Virus record (IMG/VR): IMGVR_UViG_3300022744_000014 | Span: 1-39,066 of that record | Strand: one strand, 5' to 3' | From: a virus | DNA length: 39,066 bases | Shown here: in pieces, positions 6,919 to 14,855 of the stretch | Layout: the number at the start of each line of letters is the position of its first letter | How positions within the stretch are numbered: the stretch's first letter is position 1 | Notes under the pieces: model-generated | The model's input: only the letters and a program-made list of their open reading frames with translations | Database searches by the model: none | Told to the model about the DNA's origin: nothing | Position numbers and translations under genes: made by a program

Positions 6919-7092
6919 ATGAGCGCGAGTGGGCTTTATGCGAGTAGAATGAAAACTCAACGGCAGTCGAATGCCCCAAAGGACAAGATGCAGTTTCTTT
7001 CGATAGACACACTCGTAGGCCCATCAAAGGCGCTCGCCGTTCTTGTCCGGGATTCGACCCTGCGCGTGTGTCTTTCCAAGGGAACTGCATGA
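6919..7092 (+). CDS. Possible small ORF, 57 aa, filling the 277-bp gap; an internal ATG at 6988 has the better SD
   Basis: Hand translation MSASGLYASRMKTQRQSNAPKDKMQFLSIDTLVGPSKALAVLVRDSTLRVCLSKGTA; below the track length cut-off; the gap is less GC-rich by eye than flanking genes. Could equally be non-coding. Confidence 0.2.
   Translation: MSASGLYASRMKTQRQSNAPKDKMQFLSIDTLVGPSKALAVLVRDSTLRVCLSKGTA
7005..7073. repeat. Imperfect inverted repeat with 15-nt arms (7005..7019 and 7059..7073) and a 39-nt spacer
   Basis: agacacactcgtagg pairs with cctgcgcgtgtgtct (13 Watson-Crick pairs, 1 G-T pair, 1 mismatch). Confidence 0.6.
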
Positions 7093-7174
7093 GCTGGTCA
7101 GCAATCTACTGGAGCCAGCACGCATTCGAATGCCCCGAGGGCGAGTGCTTTTTCTGGCATGCGGGGGGCATGGC

Positions 7175-7906
7175 GTGAACTACTACGAGCGCCACATCGG
7201 GGACTACCTGAAGGACACGGCGCACCTGTCCCTGCTTGAGCATGGGGTTTATAGCCGTCTGCTGGACGTTTATTACACGCGGGAGGGCGCCATCCCCGTC
7301 GCGCAGGTTGAACGACTTATCGGCGTGCGTAGCAAGGACGAGAAGGCTGCGCTTGCCAATGTGCTGGATGAGTTCTTTACAGTAGGCGCAGAGATGCTGA
7401 CGCACAACCGTTGCGATCGTGAAATTGCACGCTATCAGGACAAGCAAGCGAAGGCAAAGCGCAGTGCTGACGCACGATGGATTGCGCAACGTTCGCACAG
7501 CGGTGGCAATGCGAACGCAATGCGAACGCATAGCGAAGGCAATGCTCTCCAGTCTCCAGTAACCAGTAACCAGACACCAGACACCAAAGAAGAGAGAGAT
7601 AGCGGGTCAGCGCAAGCGCCGACACCGCCACCCCCGTACCGAGGGGAAGCGAATGAGGCAGAAATTCACCCTAAAGCCAAGGTCGTTCTGGCGACGGATT
7701 GGGAGTTGCCGGAGCCGTGGGGCGTGGATGCCGAGAGCCTTGGCTGGCCTGCGCAGAACATCTTGCACGAGGCGGAGAAGTTCCGGCAGTTCTACACGGT
7801 CGGCAAGGGTGGGGGAACGCGCCGTGGGCTGAAAGGCTGGCGGCAATCGTGGTCTAACTGGCTGTCGAACGCTGAGAAGTTCGCGCCGATTCGGAGGGTT
7901 GCATGA
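7175..7906 (+). CDS. DUF1376 (YdaU-like) replication-associated protein, 243 aa
   Basis: GTG 7175 gives VNYYERHIGDYLKDTAHLSLLEHGVYSRLLDVYY, the typical DUF1376 N-terminus. Alternative in-frame starts are ATG 7130 and TTG 7043. Confidence 0.65.
   Translation: MNYYERHIGDYLKDTAHLSLLEHGVYSRLLDVYYTREGAIPVAQVERLIGVRSKDEKAALANVLDEFFTVGAEMLTHNRCDREIARYQDKQAKAKRSADARWIAQRSHSGGNANAMRTHSEGNALQSPVTSNQTPDTKEERDSGSAQAPTPPPPYRGEANEAEIHPKAKVVLATDWELPEPWGVDAESLGWPAQNILHEAEKFRQFYTVGKGGGTRRGLKGWRQSWSNWLSNAEKFAPIRRVA
7506..7587 (+). repeat. Short tandem repeats inside the DUF1376 gene: 11-mer gcaatgcgaac x2 plus degenerate copies, then heptamers NNNccag x6
   Basis: gcaatgcgaac at 7506-7516 and 7517-7527; tctccag x2, taaccag x2, acaccag/acaccaa across 7546-7587; inverted gttcgc at 7491-7496. 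Confidence 0.8.
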
Positions 7907-8169
7907 GCTACAAGGAAAAGGCCCGCAGCGAGGGCAAAGAAGTTGACAAGGTTGAGCATCCGCCTCTGCCGTGCAGGCAATGCAACGCCATGACGGCGGT
8001 CGTGATCCTGCTGGAGCATGGCGGCTTGTGTCACTACTGCTACACGGATTATTGCCGCCATGGGTTGCCGTACTACCGCGCCGGAATGGGTGATACGCGG
8101 ACGGTCGCGGACATGAAGACGCGGATGCGCAGTAGCGGGAAGTTGACGGCACCGGAGGCGCGGATATGA
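7903..8169 (+). CDS. Cys-rich (zinc-finger-like) hypothetical protein, 88 aa
   Basis: ATGA overlap; CRQC...CHYCYTDYC pattern. Confidence 0.5.
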   Translation: MSYKEKARSEGKEVDKVEHPPLPCRQCNAMTAVVILLEHGGLCHYCYTDYCRHGLPYYRAGMGDTRTVADMKTRMRSSGKLTAPEARI

Positions 8170-8348
8170 GGACGTGCGCTTGCGGTGGCATTGTGCAGCA
8201 GTGGTACGTCAGTGACGGCGAGCGCTGGGAATGCAAGTCTTGCGGCCGGCGCGAAACGGTCCAACGAGAAACGCCAGAAGCCCACAAGGGCGCACCAATG
8301 CCGGAATCTGTGCGGGCTAGGCTGGCAGAATTGAGGAAAGCAGCATGA
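8166..8348 (+). CDS. Zinc-ribbon hypothetical protein, 60 aa
   Basis: ATGA overlap; CACG...CKSCG pattern. Confidence 0.5.
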   Translation: MRTCACGGIVQQWYVSDGERWECKSCGRRETVQRETPEAHKGAPMPESVRARLAELRKAA

Positions 8349-8773
8349 CAGACCAAGAGCAATCGTTAGAAGCGGCAAAATGGTTGGCTGTTGGGTTTAT
8401 CAAGTCGTGGTCTATGTACATGGTCCGCCAAAGGTTGGAGGAGTTGGGGATAAGTGCAGATCAGCAATTTTTCCCGCGACAACGATGGGGCTGGACCAAA
8501 AATCATCCGGTTCGCGCATTTGTCAGCAGCAATTATCCAAAACTGGCAGAGTTTCTAGACCGTGCCACGCCAGAAAAAGCGATATTGTCCGCCGCGCAAA
8601 TTGTCAAATTGGAATGCAAAAACGACAAAAACGACAGCGTAATTTCCCGCCAAGATGCAACAGAAAACGAAAAAATCAAGGCGAAATATCGGCGCACAGC
8701 AACAACCAGTGCGCTAGTTACTAACCAACGGAAAAGCCATCAACGCGGCGCATGGAACACGGTGAAAGCATGA
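8345..8773 (+). CDS. Hypothetical protein, 142 aa, with a Lys/Asn-rich AT-rich C-terminal half
   Basis: ATGA overlap; no recognised motif; visibly lower GC than its neighbours. Confidence 0.5.
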   Translation: MTDQEQSLEAAKWLAVGFIKSWSMYMVRQRLEELGISADQQFFPRQRWGWTKNHPVRAFVSSNYPKLAEFLDRATPEKAILSAAQIVKLECKNDKNDSVISRQDATENEKIKAKYRRTATTSALVTNQRKSHQRGAWNTVKA

Positions 8774-8880
8774 GCTACAACGAAGCCCTAGCAATCCTGA
8801 ACCGCGTGCGCAATGGCGACAAGTCTCCGACGCTGGCGGAGATCACGCTGGCGCTCACGCTGACGGGCGACCTGACATGA
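8770..8880 (+). CDS. Small ORF, 36 aa
   Basis: Hand translation MSYNEALAILNRVRNGDKSPTLAEITLALTLTGDLT; ATGA overlaps at both ends bridge the flanking genes. Confidence 0.35.
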   Translation: MSYNEALAILNRVRNGDKSPTLAEITLALTLTGDLT

Positions 8881-9002
8881 GCCTAGAGCAGAAAATCGCG
8901 GCCCACCTAGCCTACCTGCGCCAATGGGACGCAGCCTATGCAGCCCATGCTAGGCGGTTCTATGCGGATTTGCTGCGGCCATTCCTGCGGGGGGTGGTGT
9001 GA
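8877..9002 (+). CDS. Small ORF, 41 aa
   Basis: Hand translation MSLEQKIAAHLAYLRQWDAAYAAHARRFYADLLRPFLRGVV; its stop overlaps the next ATG (TGATG). Confidence 0.35.
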   Translation: MSLEQKIAAHLAYLRQWDAAYAAHARRFYADLLRPFLRGVV

Positions 9003-9583
9003 TGCGCGTGCTTGTGGCCTGCGAGTATTCCGGGCGGGTGCGCCAAGCGTTCCGGGAGCGTGGACATGACGCATGGTCTTGTGACTTGTACGAGCCAGCA
9101 GAAGACGGCAGCCCATGGCATAGGGCGGCAGATGCTGTGCGCGTCGCCTACGAGGGCGGATGGGACTTGATGATTGCCCACCCGCCATGCACACATTTGG
9201 CCGTCAGCGGCGCGAGGTGGTTCAAGGAAAAAGAACAGGAACAGATTGAGGCGGCGGACTTCTTTATGGCATTGGCGGATGCGCCCATCCCGCGCATTGC
9301 ACTGGAAAACCCGGTTTGCATCATGTCTAGCCTGTATCGCAAGCCTGACCAAGTTATCCAACCCTGGATGTTTGGGCACGGAGAAACCAAGGCCACATGC
9401 TTGTGGCTCAAGGGCCTGCCGCATTTGGTTCCGACGAACATGGTCCCCGGACGGGATCCTGTGGTGCATCGCATGCCACCCGGCCCGGATAGGTGGAAGA
9501 ACCGCAGCAGGACGTACCAAGGCATTGCGGACGCCATGGCAGAGCAATGGGGAAACCCGAGGCAGATGGAGTTGGCCGCATGA
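9002..9583 (+). CDS. Minimal C5-cytosine DNA methyltransferase-like protein, 193 aa
   Basis: ATG 9002. VACEYSG (motif I-like), AHPPCTHLAVSG (PC motif IV), ALENPV (ENV motif VI); no obvious target-recognition domain. Confidence 0.5.
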   Translation: MRVLVACEYSGRVRQAFRERGHDAWSCDLYEPAEDGSPWHRAADAVRVAYEGGWDLMIAHPPCTHLAVSGARWFKEKEQEQIEAADFFMALADAPIPRIALENPVCIMSSLYRKPDQVIQPWMFGHGETKATCLWLKGLPHLVPTNMVPGRDPVVHRMPPGPDRWKNRSRTYQGIADAMAEQWGNPRQMELAA

Positions 9584-9876
9584 GCATCCACCGATACGCC
9601 GCCAAAGTAGACGCCAACCAGCGCCAGGTTATCTCCGCGCTAGAGGCAGCAGGGGCAAAGGTTGAGGTTATCCGCCAACCCCTGGATTTGCTTGTCGGAA
9701 TGAACGGGAAATGGCTCTTGCTTGAAGTGAAGAATCCAAGCGGCAAGAACGAGACGACAAATGCGCAGGAAGCGTTCTACAAGCGGTTTCCGGGCTATCC
9801 ATGGGCACAGGTGGACGGCGCGGAGGCTGCACTTCGGCATTTGCGAGTGCTAGTAAACAACGTTAGCGGGGACTGA
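9580..9876 (+). CDS. VRR-NUC / PD-(D/E)xK-type nuclease, 98 aa
   Basis: ATGA overlap at 9580; D...LLEVK core (PLDLLVGMNGKWLLLEVKNPSGK) followed by Q..F. Confidence 0.45.
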   Translation: MSIHRYAAKVDANQRQVISALEAAGAKVEVIRQPLDLLVGMNGKWLLLEVKNPSGKNETTNAQEAFYKRFPGYPWAQVDGAEAALRHLRVLVNNVSGD

Positions 9877-9877
9877 C

Positions 9878-10396
9878 ATGGCGTATAACCAAGAGATAGC
9901 CGACAAGGTGCTTGCCTCTCTTGCATTAGGGAACAGCCTGCGCAAGTCCTGCAACGGGCTATGCTCTCCGAGCACCATTTTAGAGTGGACAGCAGAAAAT
10001 GCTGAGTTTGGCGAACATTACACGCGTGTACGCGCGCGCGCATATGAAATGCTAGCGGATGAGTTGGTCGAAATCGCGGATGACAGCACAAATGACACCA
10101 TCGTGGACGAAGACGGCAACGTGCGGACCAATCAGGAAGTTGTGGCCCGCTCTCGCCTGCGTCTGGATACCCGCAAGTGGATGCTAGCCAAGATGCTGCC
10201 CAAGGTCTACGGCGAGAAATTGGAGCTTGCAGGGGTTTTGAACGTCAAGGCATCGCCCGCTGATCTGTCTGATGAACAGCTTGCGGCCATCGCTTTAGGT
10301 CGCAAACAGAACAGTTTGCCGCCAAAAGTGTCAGAAAACACGGGCTCAGACCCGCTAACCCTAGAAAACTGTCCTGATGGCGACAATCAGCCCTGA
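9878..10396 (+). CDS. Terminase small subunit
   Basis: N-terminal HTH-like LALGNSLRKSCNGLCSPSTILEWTAENAEFGEHYTRVRARAYEMLADELVEIADD and RSRLRLDTRKWMLAKMLPKVYGEK, typical of TerS; directly upstream of TerL. Confidence 0.8.
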   Translation: MAYNQEIADKVLASLALGNSLRKSCNGLCSPSTILEWTAENAEFGEHYTRVRARAYEMLADELVEIADDSTNDTIVDEDGNVRTNQEVVARSRLRLDTRKWMLAKMLPKVYGEKLELAGVLNVKASPADLSDEQLAAIALGRKQNSLPPKVSENTGSDPLTLENCPDGDNQP

Positions 10397-11897
10397 ACAG
10401 GCGGCATCCTTGCTGCTGGAACGCCGCAAGTGCCGGGGTAGTCTGGAGGCTTTTGCGGCCCGTGTGCCCGTTCCAGGCTCACCGACAAGCGAAGCGGATG
10501 ATGATGCCGCCATCCCGCTGATTGAGACGCACCAGGCCGAACATCACAAGCTGATCTTGAGGGAGATGCAGCGGTGCATGGAAACACCGCACGGCAGGCT
10601 GATGATTATGGCCCCGCCTGGCAGCGCCAAATCGACTTACGCAACCGTTGTTGCGCCTTGTTGGTACTTGGGCAAGCAGGCCAATCGGCGCGTAATTCTG
10701 GCGACCTATGGCGACGATTTGGCACGCAGGCACGGGCGCAGAACCCGGCAGCTATTGAGGGCCAAGGAAACTAGCGCCATCCTTCAATGCACGCTTGACC
10801 CTGAATCGCGGGCTGCTGATGAATTTGGATTGACCAACGGCAGCGAGTACATGGCGTGCGGCATTCTTGGAGGGATAACCGGCAACCGGGCGCACGGGAT
10901 CGTGATCGATGACCCCATTAAAGGCCGTCAGGACGCGGATAGCGAGGTTGTGCGGGGCAGGACATGGGACGCCTATCAGGATGACCTGATGACGCGCCTA
11001 ATCCCCGGTGGCTGGGAGGTCATCATTAATACCCGATGGCATGAGGACGACCCATGTGGGCGCATCCTGCCTGCTGATTGGGCTGGAGAGTCGGGCGACA
11101 TCGTTTGTCGTGACGGAAACACATGGCGCGTGCTGTGCTTGCAGGCTGAATGTTCCACGCATTCCGACCCGCTGCACCGGCCTATTGGGGCCATGTTGTG
11201 GCCGGAATGGTTCGATGACAAGCACTGGTCGCAGTTCAGGCTTAACCGGCGCACGTGGTCAAGTCTGTACCAGCAGCGCCCAGCTCCTGATGACGGTATT
11301 CTGTTCCGGCGCGACGATATGGGGACGTATGACACGCTGCCCGACAGCCTGCGCATCATTGGGGCGAGTGACTACGCAGTGACGCCTGATGGCGGCGATT
11401 GGACCGAGCATGGGATCATGGGCATCGCACCGGACGGCACCGAGTACCTGATTGACTGGTGGCGCGGGCAGACAGGCCCCGAAGTGTGGATAGAAAAGCA
11501 GATTGACCTGATCGTGAAGCACCGCCCGCTGTGCTGGTTTGGCGAGACCGGGCCGATTCGCAGGGCGACAGAGGGCAGGCTACGGCAACGCATGATTGAC
11601 CGGGACGCGCTTTGCCGGGTGGAATGGCTACCGACTATAGGCGGCAAAGGCTCAGACGCACGGGCGGGCGACATCATTGCCGTGGCGGGCATGGGCCGAT
11701 TGCTGTGGCCCCGCGCAGCCTGGGTGGCTGAGTTGCAGCGCCAGTGCTTGGTGTTCCCTGCCGGATCGCCCGACGACGGCGTGGATACGCTTGCATTGCT
11801 TGGACGCGGCGCATCAACGCTTGGACGCAAGCGGCAACAGACCAAGGCAGAAAACCCCCACGCGCACATGGCGCATGACCAAGGATGGATGGCGTGA
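10377..11897 (+). CDS. Terminase large subunit
   Basis: Walker A MAPPGSAKST, 506 aa, 20-nt overlap with TerS, followed by portal. Confidence 0.85.
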   Translation: MATISPEQAASLLLERRKCRGSLEAFAARVPVPGSPTSEADDDAAIPLIETHQAEHHKLILREMQRCMETPHGRLMIMAPPGSAKSTYATVVAPCWYLGKQANRRVILATYGDDLARRHGRRTRQLLRAKETSAILQCTLDPESRAADEFGLTNGSEYMACGILGGITGNRAHGIVIDDPIKGRQDADSEVVRGRTWDAYQDDLMTRLIPGGWEVIINTRWHEDDPCGRILPADWAGESGDIVCRDGNTWRVLCLQAECSTHSDPLHRPIGAMLWPEWFDDKHWSQFRLNRRTWSSLYQQRPAPDDGILFRRDDMGTYDTLPDSLRIIGASDYAVTPDGGDWTEHGIMGIAPDGTEYLIDWWRGQTGPEVWIEKQIDLIVKHRPLCWFGETGPIRRATEGRLRQRMIDRDALCRVEWLPTIGGKGSDARAGDIIAVAGMGRLLWPRAAWVAELQRQCLVFPAGSPDDGVDTLALLGRGASTLGRKRQQTKAENPHAHMAHDQGWMA

Positions 11898-12295
11898 TGA
11901 AACCCGGCACCTACACCAGCGGCCACGCATCCTGCAAGCTGCGCTACAGCCAGGCAGCGCCACCGCATCTGCGCGGCCACATGCTCGAAGTGACGAAACT
12001 GCACACCCCGGAACAGCATCGCGGCAAGGGGCACGCGACCAAGCTGATAGAGAAACTTGCACGATACGCGGATGCTGATAGAATTACGCTATTGCTGATG
12101 CCAAAGCCTTACGGTGAATCGGCGCTGGACGTTTCCAATCTCGTGCGTTTTTACGGGCATTTTGGGTTCGTTGAGTTGCAGGCGCAGCCTGTGCTTTTGC
12201 TGGTGCGGCAATGGCAGACAAGAAGGACATCGTTACCGAGGCGCGAAAGCGATTCGAACGAGCAAAGTCGTATTACGGCCCTAGCCGTGTCTTAG
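11897..12295 (+). CDS. GNAT-family N-acetyltransferase-like protein, 132 aa; 3' end overlaps the portal gene by 85 nt
   Basis: ATG 11897 overlaps the TerL stop (TGATG); acetyl-CoA motif QHRGKGHATKLIEKLARYA and FYGHFGF. Confidence 0.55.
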   Translation: MKPGTYTSGHASCKLRYSQAAPPHLRGHMLEVTKLHTPEQHRGKGHATKLIEKLARYADADRITLLLMPKPYGESALDVSNLVRFYGHFGFVELQAQPVLLLVRQWQTRRTSLPRRESDSNEQSRITALAVS

Positions 12296-14463
12296 CCGTT
12301 GCGGATACACGTTTCGCCCTTGGCGATTCGGACAACGGCTGGCAATGGCCTGACGACATCGCGCAAGAGCGCACCATCGCCCGCAGGGTAAAGCTCACTG
12401 TCAACACGACGGCGCAGCACTGCAACCAAGTCATCAATGAAATCCGCAAGAACCGGCCATCGTGCAAGGTTTCGCCTGTTGACGGCGGCGCGGACAAGAA
12501 GACAGCCGACATCCTGGCGGGCCTGATCCGCAACATTCAGGCATCCAGCAACGCCGACGACGCGCATGACATCGCAGCAGAGCATGCTACGTATGGTGGC
12601 GAGGGCTACTGGCGCATCAAAACAGATTACGAGTCGGAGACTAGCTTCGACCAATACATTGCCATCGCCCCCATTCCAAATCCGTGCCGGGTGTACATCG
12701 ACCCGGATGCGAAAGAGTTGGACAAGTCGGACGCGGAATGGGGGTTTATTTTCGAGGACATCTCGAAAGAGGCATTCAAGCGCGATTACCCGGACATCGA
12801 TCCTGCGAGCTGGGTGGATGACCGCAAGGGCTGGATCAACGATGACTCGTTCGTCCGTGCGGAATACTTCTATTGCACCTACGACAAAGATCACGCCTGC
12901 CTGTTGGCTGACGGAACCACAGTCCTAAAAAGCGAGATGCCGCCGGGCGCTGTGTGCATCAAGGAGCGGCCCACGGTAGTTAAGGGCTGGCACCACTGCA
13001 TCATCGTCGGCGGGCATGAGACACCGCTAGACGAAACCGAATGGGCCGGGGCTTACCTGCCCATCATCAGCATTGTCGGCAAGGAAGTGAACGTCAACGG
13101 CGAGATTGTGCGCAAGGGGCTGGTGCGTGACCTGAAGGACCCGGCGCGGATCGTCAACTATGCGTATAGCGAGACTGTCCAAACGCTGGCGCTGCAAAAC
13201 AAGATTCCATACATTGCCGCTGCCGAGGCCGTAGAGGGCCATGAAAACCAGTGGCGCAATGCGAACCTGTCAAACGACGCATATCTGCCCTATAACGCCT
13301 ACGACGCGCAAGGGCAACCGCTCCCACCTCCCAAGCGTCAGGAGCCTGCCGTCATGCCAGCGGCGCAGATTCAACTGCTGGAGTTGTCCTTGGCGCAGAT
13401 GCGCGGCACTTCCGGGCAGCAGAACGCTAACTTCGGCATCAAGTCGGAAGCGGCATCGGGCATCGGTATCCAGCGTCTCAAGGTGCAGGGCGAAGTGGCG
13501 ACCTTCCACTTCCCTGACAACCTGGCGCGGGGGCTGAAATACGAGGCCAAGTGCCTGATTGACCTGATCCCCAAGATTTACACCCGCGAAAAGGTGATGC
13601 GGATTCTCGGGATTGACGGTACGGCGCAGATGGCAACGCTTGCCCCTGATCTGCCGGGTGCGTATGTGGAGATTCCATCGGACGAGGACATCCAACGCAT
13701 TTTCAACCCCAATGTGGGCAGGTATGACGTTGCAATTGACACCGGCCCGTCGTTCCAGACGCAGCGCCAAGAGTCGCAAGCGGTGATGACTGAGCTTGTC
13801 CACGCTGACCCTACGCTGATGCAGAAAGCCGGGGACATCATCGTCCGCTCGATGGACTTCCAGGACGCCGACAGGCTTGCCGAGCGCATTGCAAAGACGC
13901 TGCCCCCGGGGTTGGAAGACGCAAAAGGCGGAGCGAAGGCGGAGGTGGCCAAGCTCACGCAGCAATTGCAGCAATTGCAGCAGGAGGGCCAGCAGCACAT
14001 TCAAGAGGGGCTGAAGCTGGAGCAGGAAAACCAAGCCCTGAAGGCCGGCGAGCAGTCCAAGATGATGGCAGCGCAGGCACAGCAGGAAAAAGCACAGGCA
14101 GACGCCATCCTGAAGGCTAAGCAGTTGCTGATGGACGAACAACTCGAGCAAGAGCGCATCGCCATGAACGAGCGCATTGCAGAGGCCAAGCGCATCAGCG
14201 ACGAGCAGATCGCCATGGCAAAGTTGGCGAGCGAGGAACGCATTGCGCAGGAGCGGCTGCAGCGTGAATCGCTGCTGAAAGCTCACAGCATCGACACCGA
14301 GGCGCAAACCAAGCGGTACGGCAGTGCCGTATCTGCGGAGGCTGGAATGGAGGGCGAATCGGTGGAGATGGAGGCCGAGGAAAAGAAGCCCAAGCGCAAG
14401 ACCATCACCATCCAGGCCCCAAGCGGGCAGACATACACCGGCACGATTGAAGGGGACGACTAA
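12211..14463 (+). CDS. Portal protein, 750 aa, with a long C-terminal coiled-coil (P22-type barrel-like)
   Basis: Position after TerL; N-terminal ARKRFERAKSYY...FALGDSDNGWQWP portal-like motif; Gln/Glu/Ala-rich helical C-terminus. Confidence 0.8.
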   Translation: MADKKDIVTEARKRFERAKSYYGPSRVLAVADTRFALGDSDNGWQWPDDIAQERTIARRVKLTVNTTAQHCNQVINEIRKNRPSCKVSPVDGGADKKTADILAGLIRNIQASSNADDAHDIAAEHATYGGEGYWRIKTDYESETSFDQYIAIAPIPNPCRVYIDPDAKELDKSDAEWGFIFEDISKEAFKRDYPDIDPASWVDDRKGWINDDSFVRAEYFYCTYDKDHACLLADGTTVLKSEMPPGAVCIKERPTVVKGWHHCIIVGGHETPLDETEWAGAYLPIISIVGKEVNVNGEIVRKGLVRDLKDPARIVNYAYSETVQTLALQNKIPYIAAAEAVEGHENQWRNANLSNDAYLPYNAYDAQGQPLPPPKRQEPAVMPAAQIQLLELSLAQMRGTSGQQNANFGIKSEAASGIGIQRLKVQGEVATFHFPDNLARGLKYEAKCLIDLIPKIYTREKVMRILGIDGTAQMATLAPDLPGAYVEIPSDEDIQRIFNPNVGRYDVAIDTGPSFQTQRQESQAVMTELVHADPTLMQKAGDIIVRSMDFQDADRLAERIAKTLPPGLEDAKGGAKAEVAKLTQQLQQLQQEGQQHIQEGLKLEQENQALKAGEQSKMMAAQAQQEKAQADAILKAKQLLMDEQLEQERIAMNERIAEAKRISDEQIAMAKLASEERIAQERLQRESLLKAHSIDTEAQTKRYGSAVSAEAGMEGESVEMEAEEKKPKRKTITIQAPSGQTYTGTIEGDD

Positions 14464-14855
14464 TGGCACTTGCATATGTCACGACATTGCGCAATTCGAT
14501 GCTGGACACGATCACATCGGCAATTGGCGCATCTGGCTTACTTCGCATATATGACGGAACTCGCCCAGCGACGGGCGGCGCTGCAACGACTCTGTTGGCT
14601 GAGTTGGCCCTGAGTGCGACGGCTGCGCCTGCTGCTGCGGGTGGTGTGCTGACGTTTAACGCTATCACGCAAGACGCATCTGCCAACAACACAGGGACGG
14701 CTACATGGTTCCGGCTGACAACTAGCGGCGGCACTGCGGTGGTGGATGGCAACGTTGGTACGTCCGGCAGTGACTTGAACTTGACCACGACCAGCATCGT
14801 GGCGACTCAGCCCGTAAGCGTGACCAGCTTTGTTATTACGGAAGGCAACCCGTGA
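14463..14855 (+). CDS. Hypothetical virion-module protein, 130 aa
   Basis: TAATG overlap with portal; Ala/Thr/Gly-rich; no recognised motif. Confidence 0.5.
   Translation: MALAYVTTLRNSMLDTITSAIGASGLLRIYDGTRPATGGAATTLLAELALSATAAPAAAGGVLTFNAITQDASANNTGTATWFRLTTSGGTAVVDGNVGTSGSDLNLTTTSIVATQPVSVTSFVITEGNP

Noticed and set aside
7040-7075. tRNA-like T-arm (gggattcgaccc / rc gggtcgaatccc), possibly a tRNA gene or attP core
   Set aside because: The T-stem does not pair properly on either strand. The loop is 6 nt or lacks the TTC consensus, and no acceptor or anticodon arms can be built. There is also no integrase in the genome.
13270-14475. 401-aa antisense ORF opposite the portal gene; similar cases at 12292..12894, 20310..21668 (452 aa, opposite coat), 19125..19943, 28705..29499, 29507..30214
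   Set aside because: These are typical shadow ORFs of GC-rich coding DNA. They have Arg/Leu/His-rich low-complexity translations and no SD or operon context, and the opposite strand encodes recognisable structural proteins.
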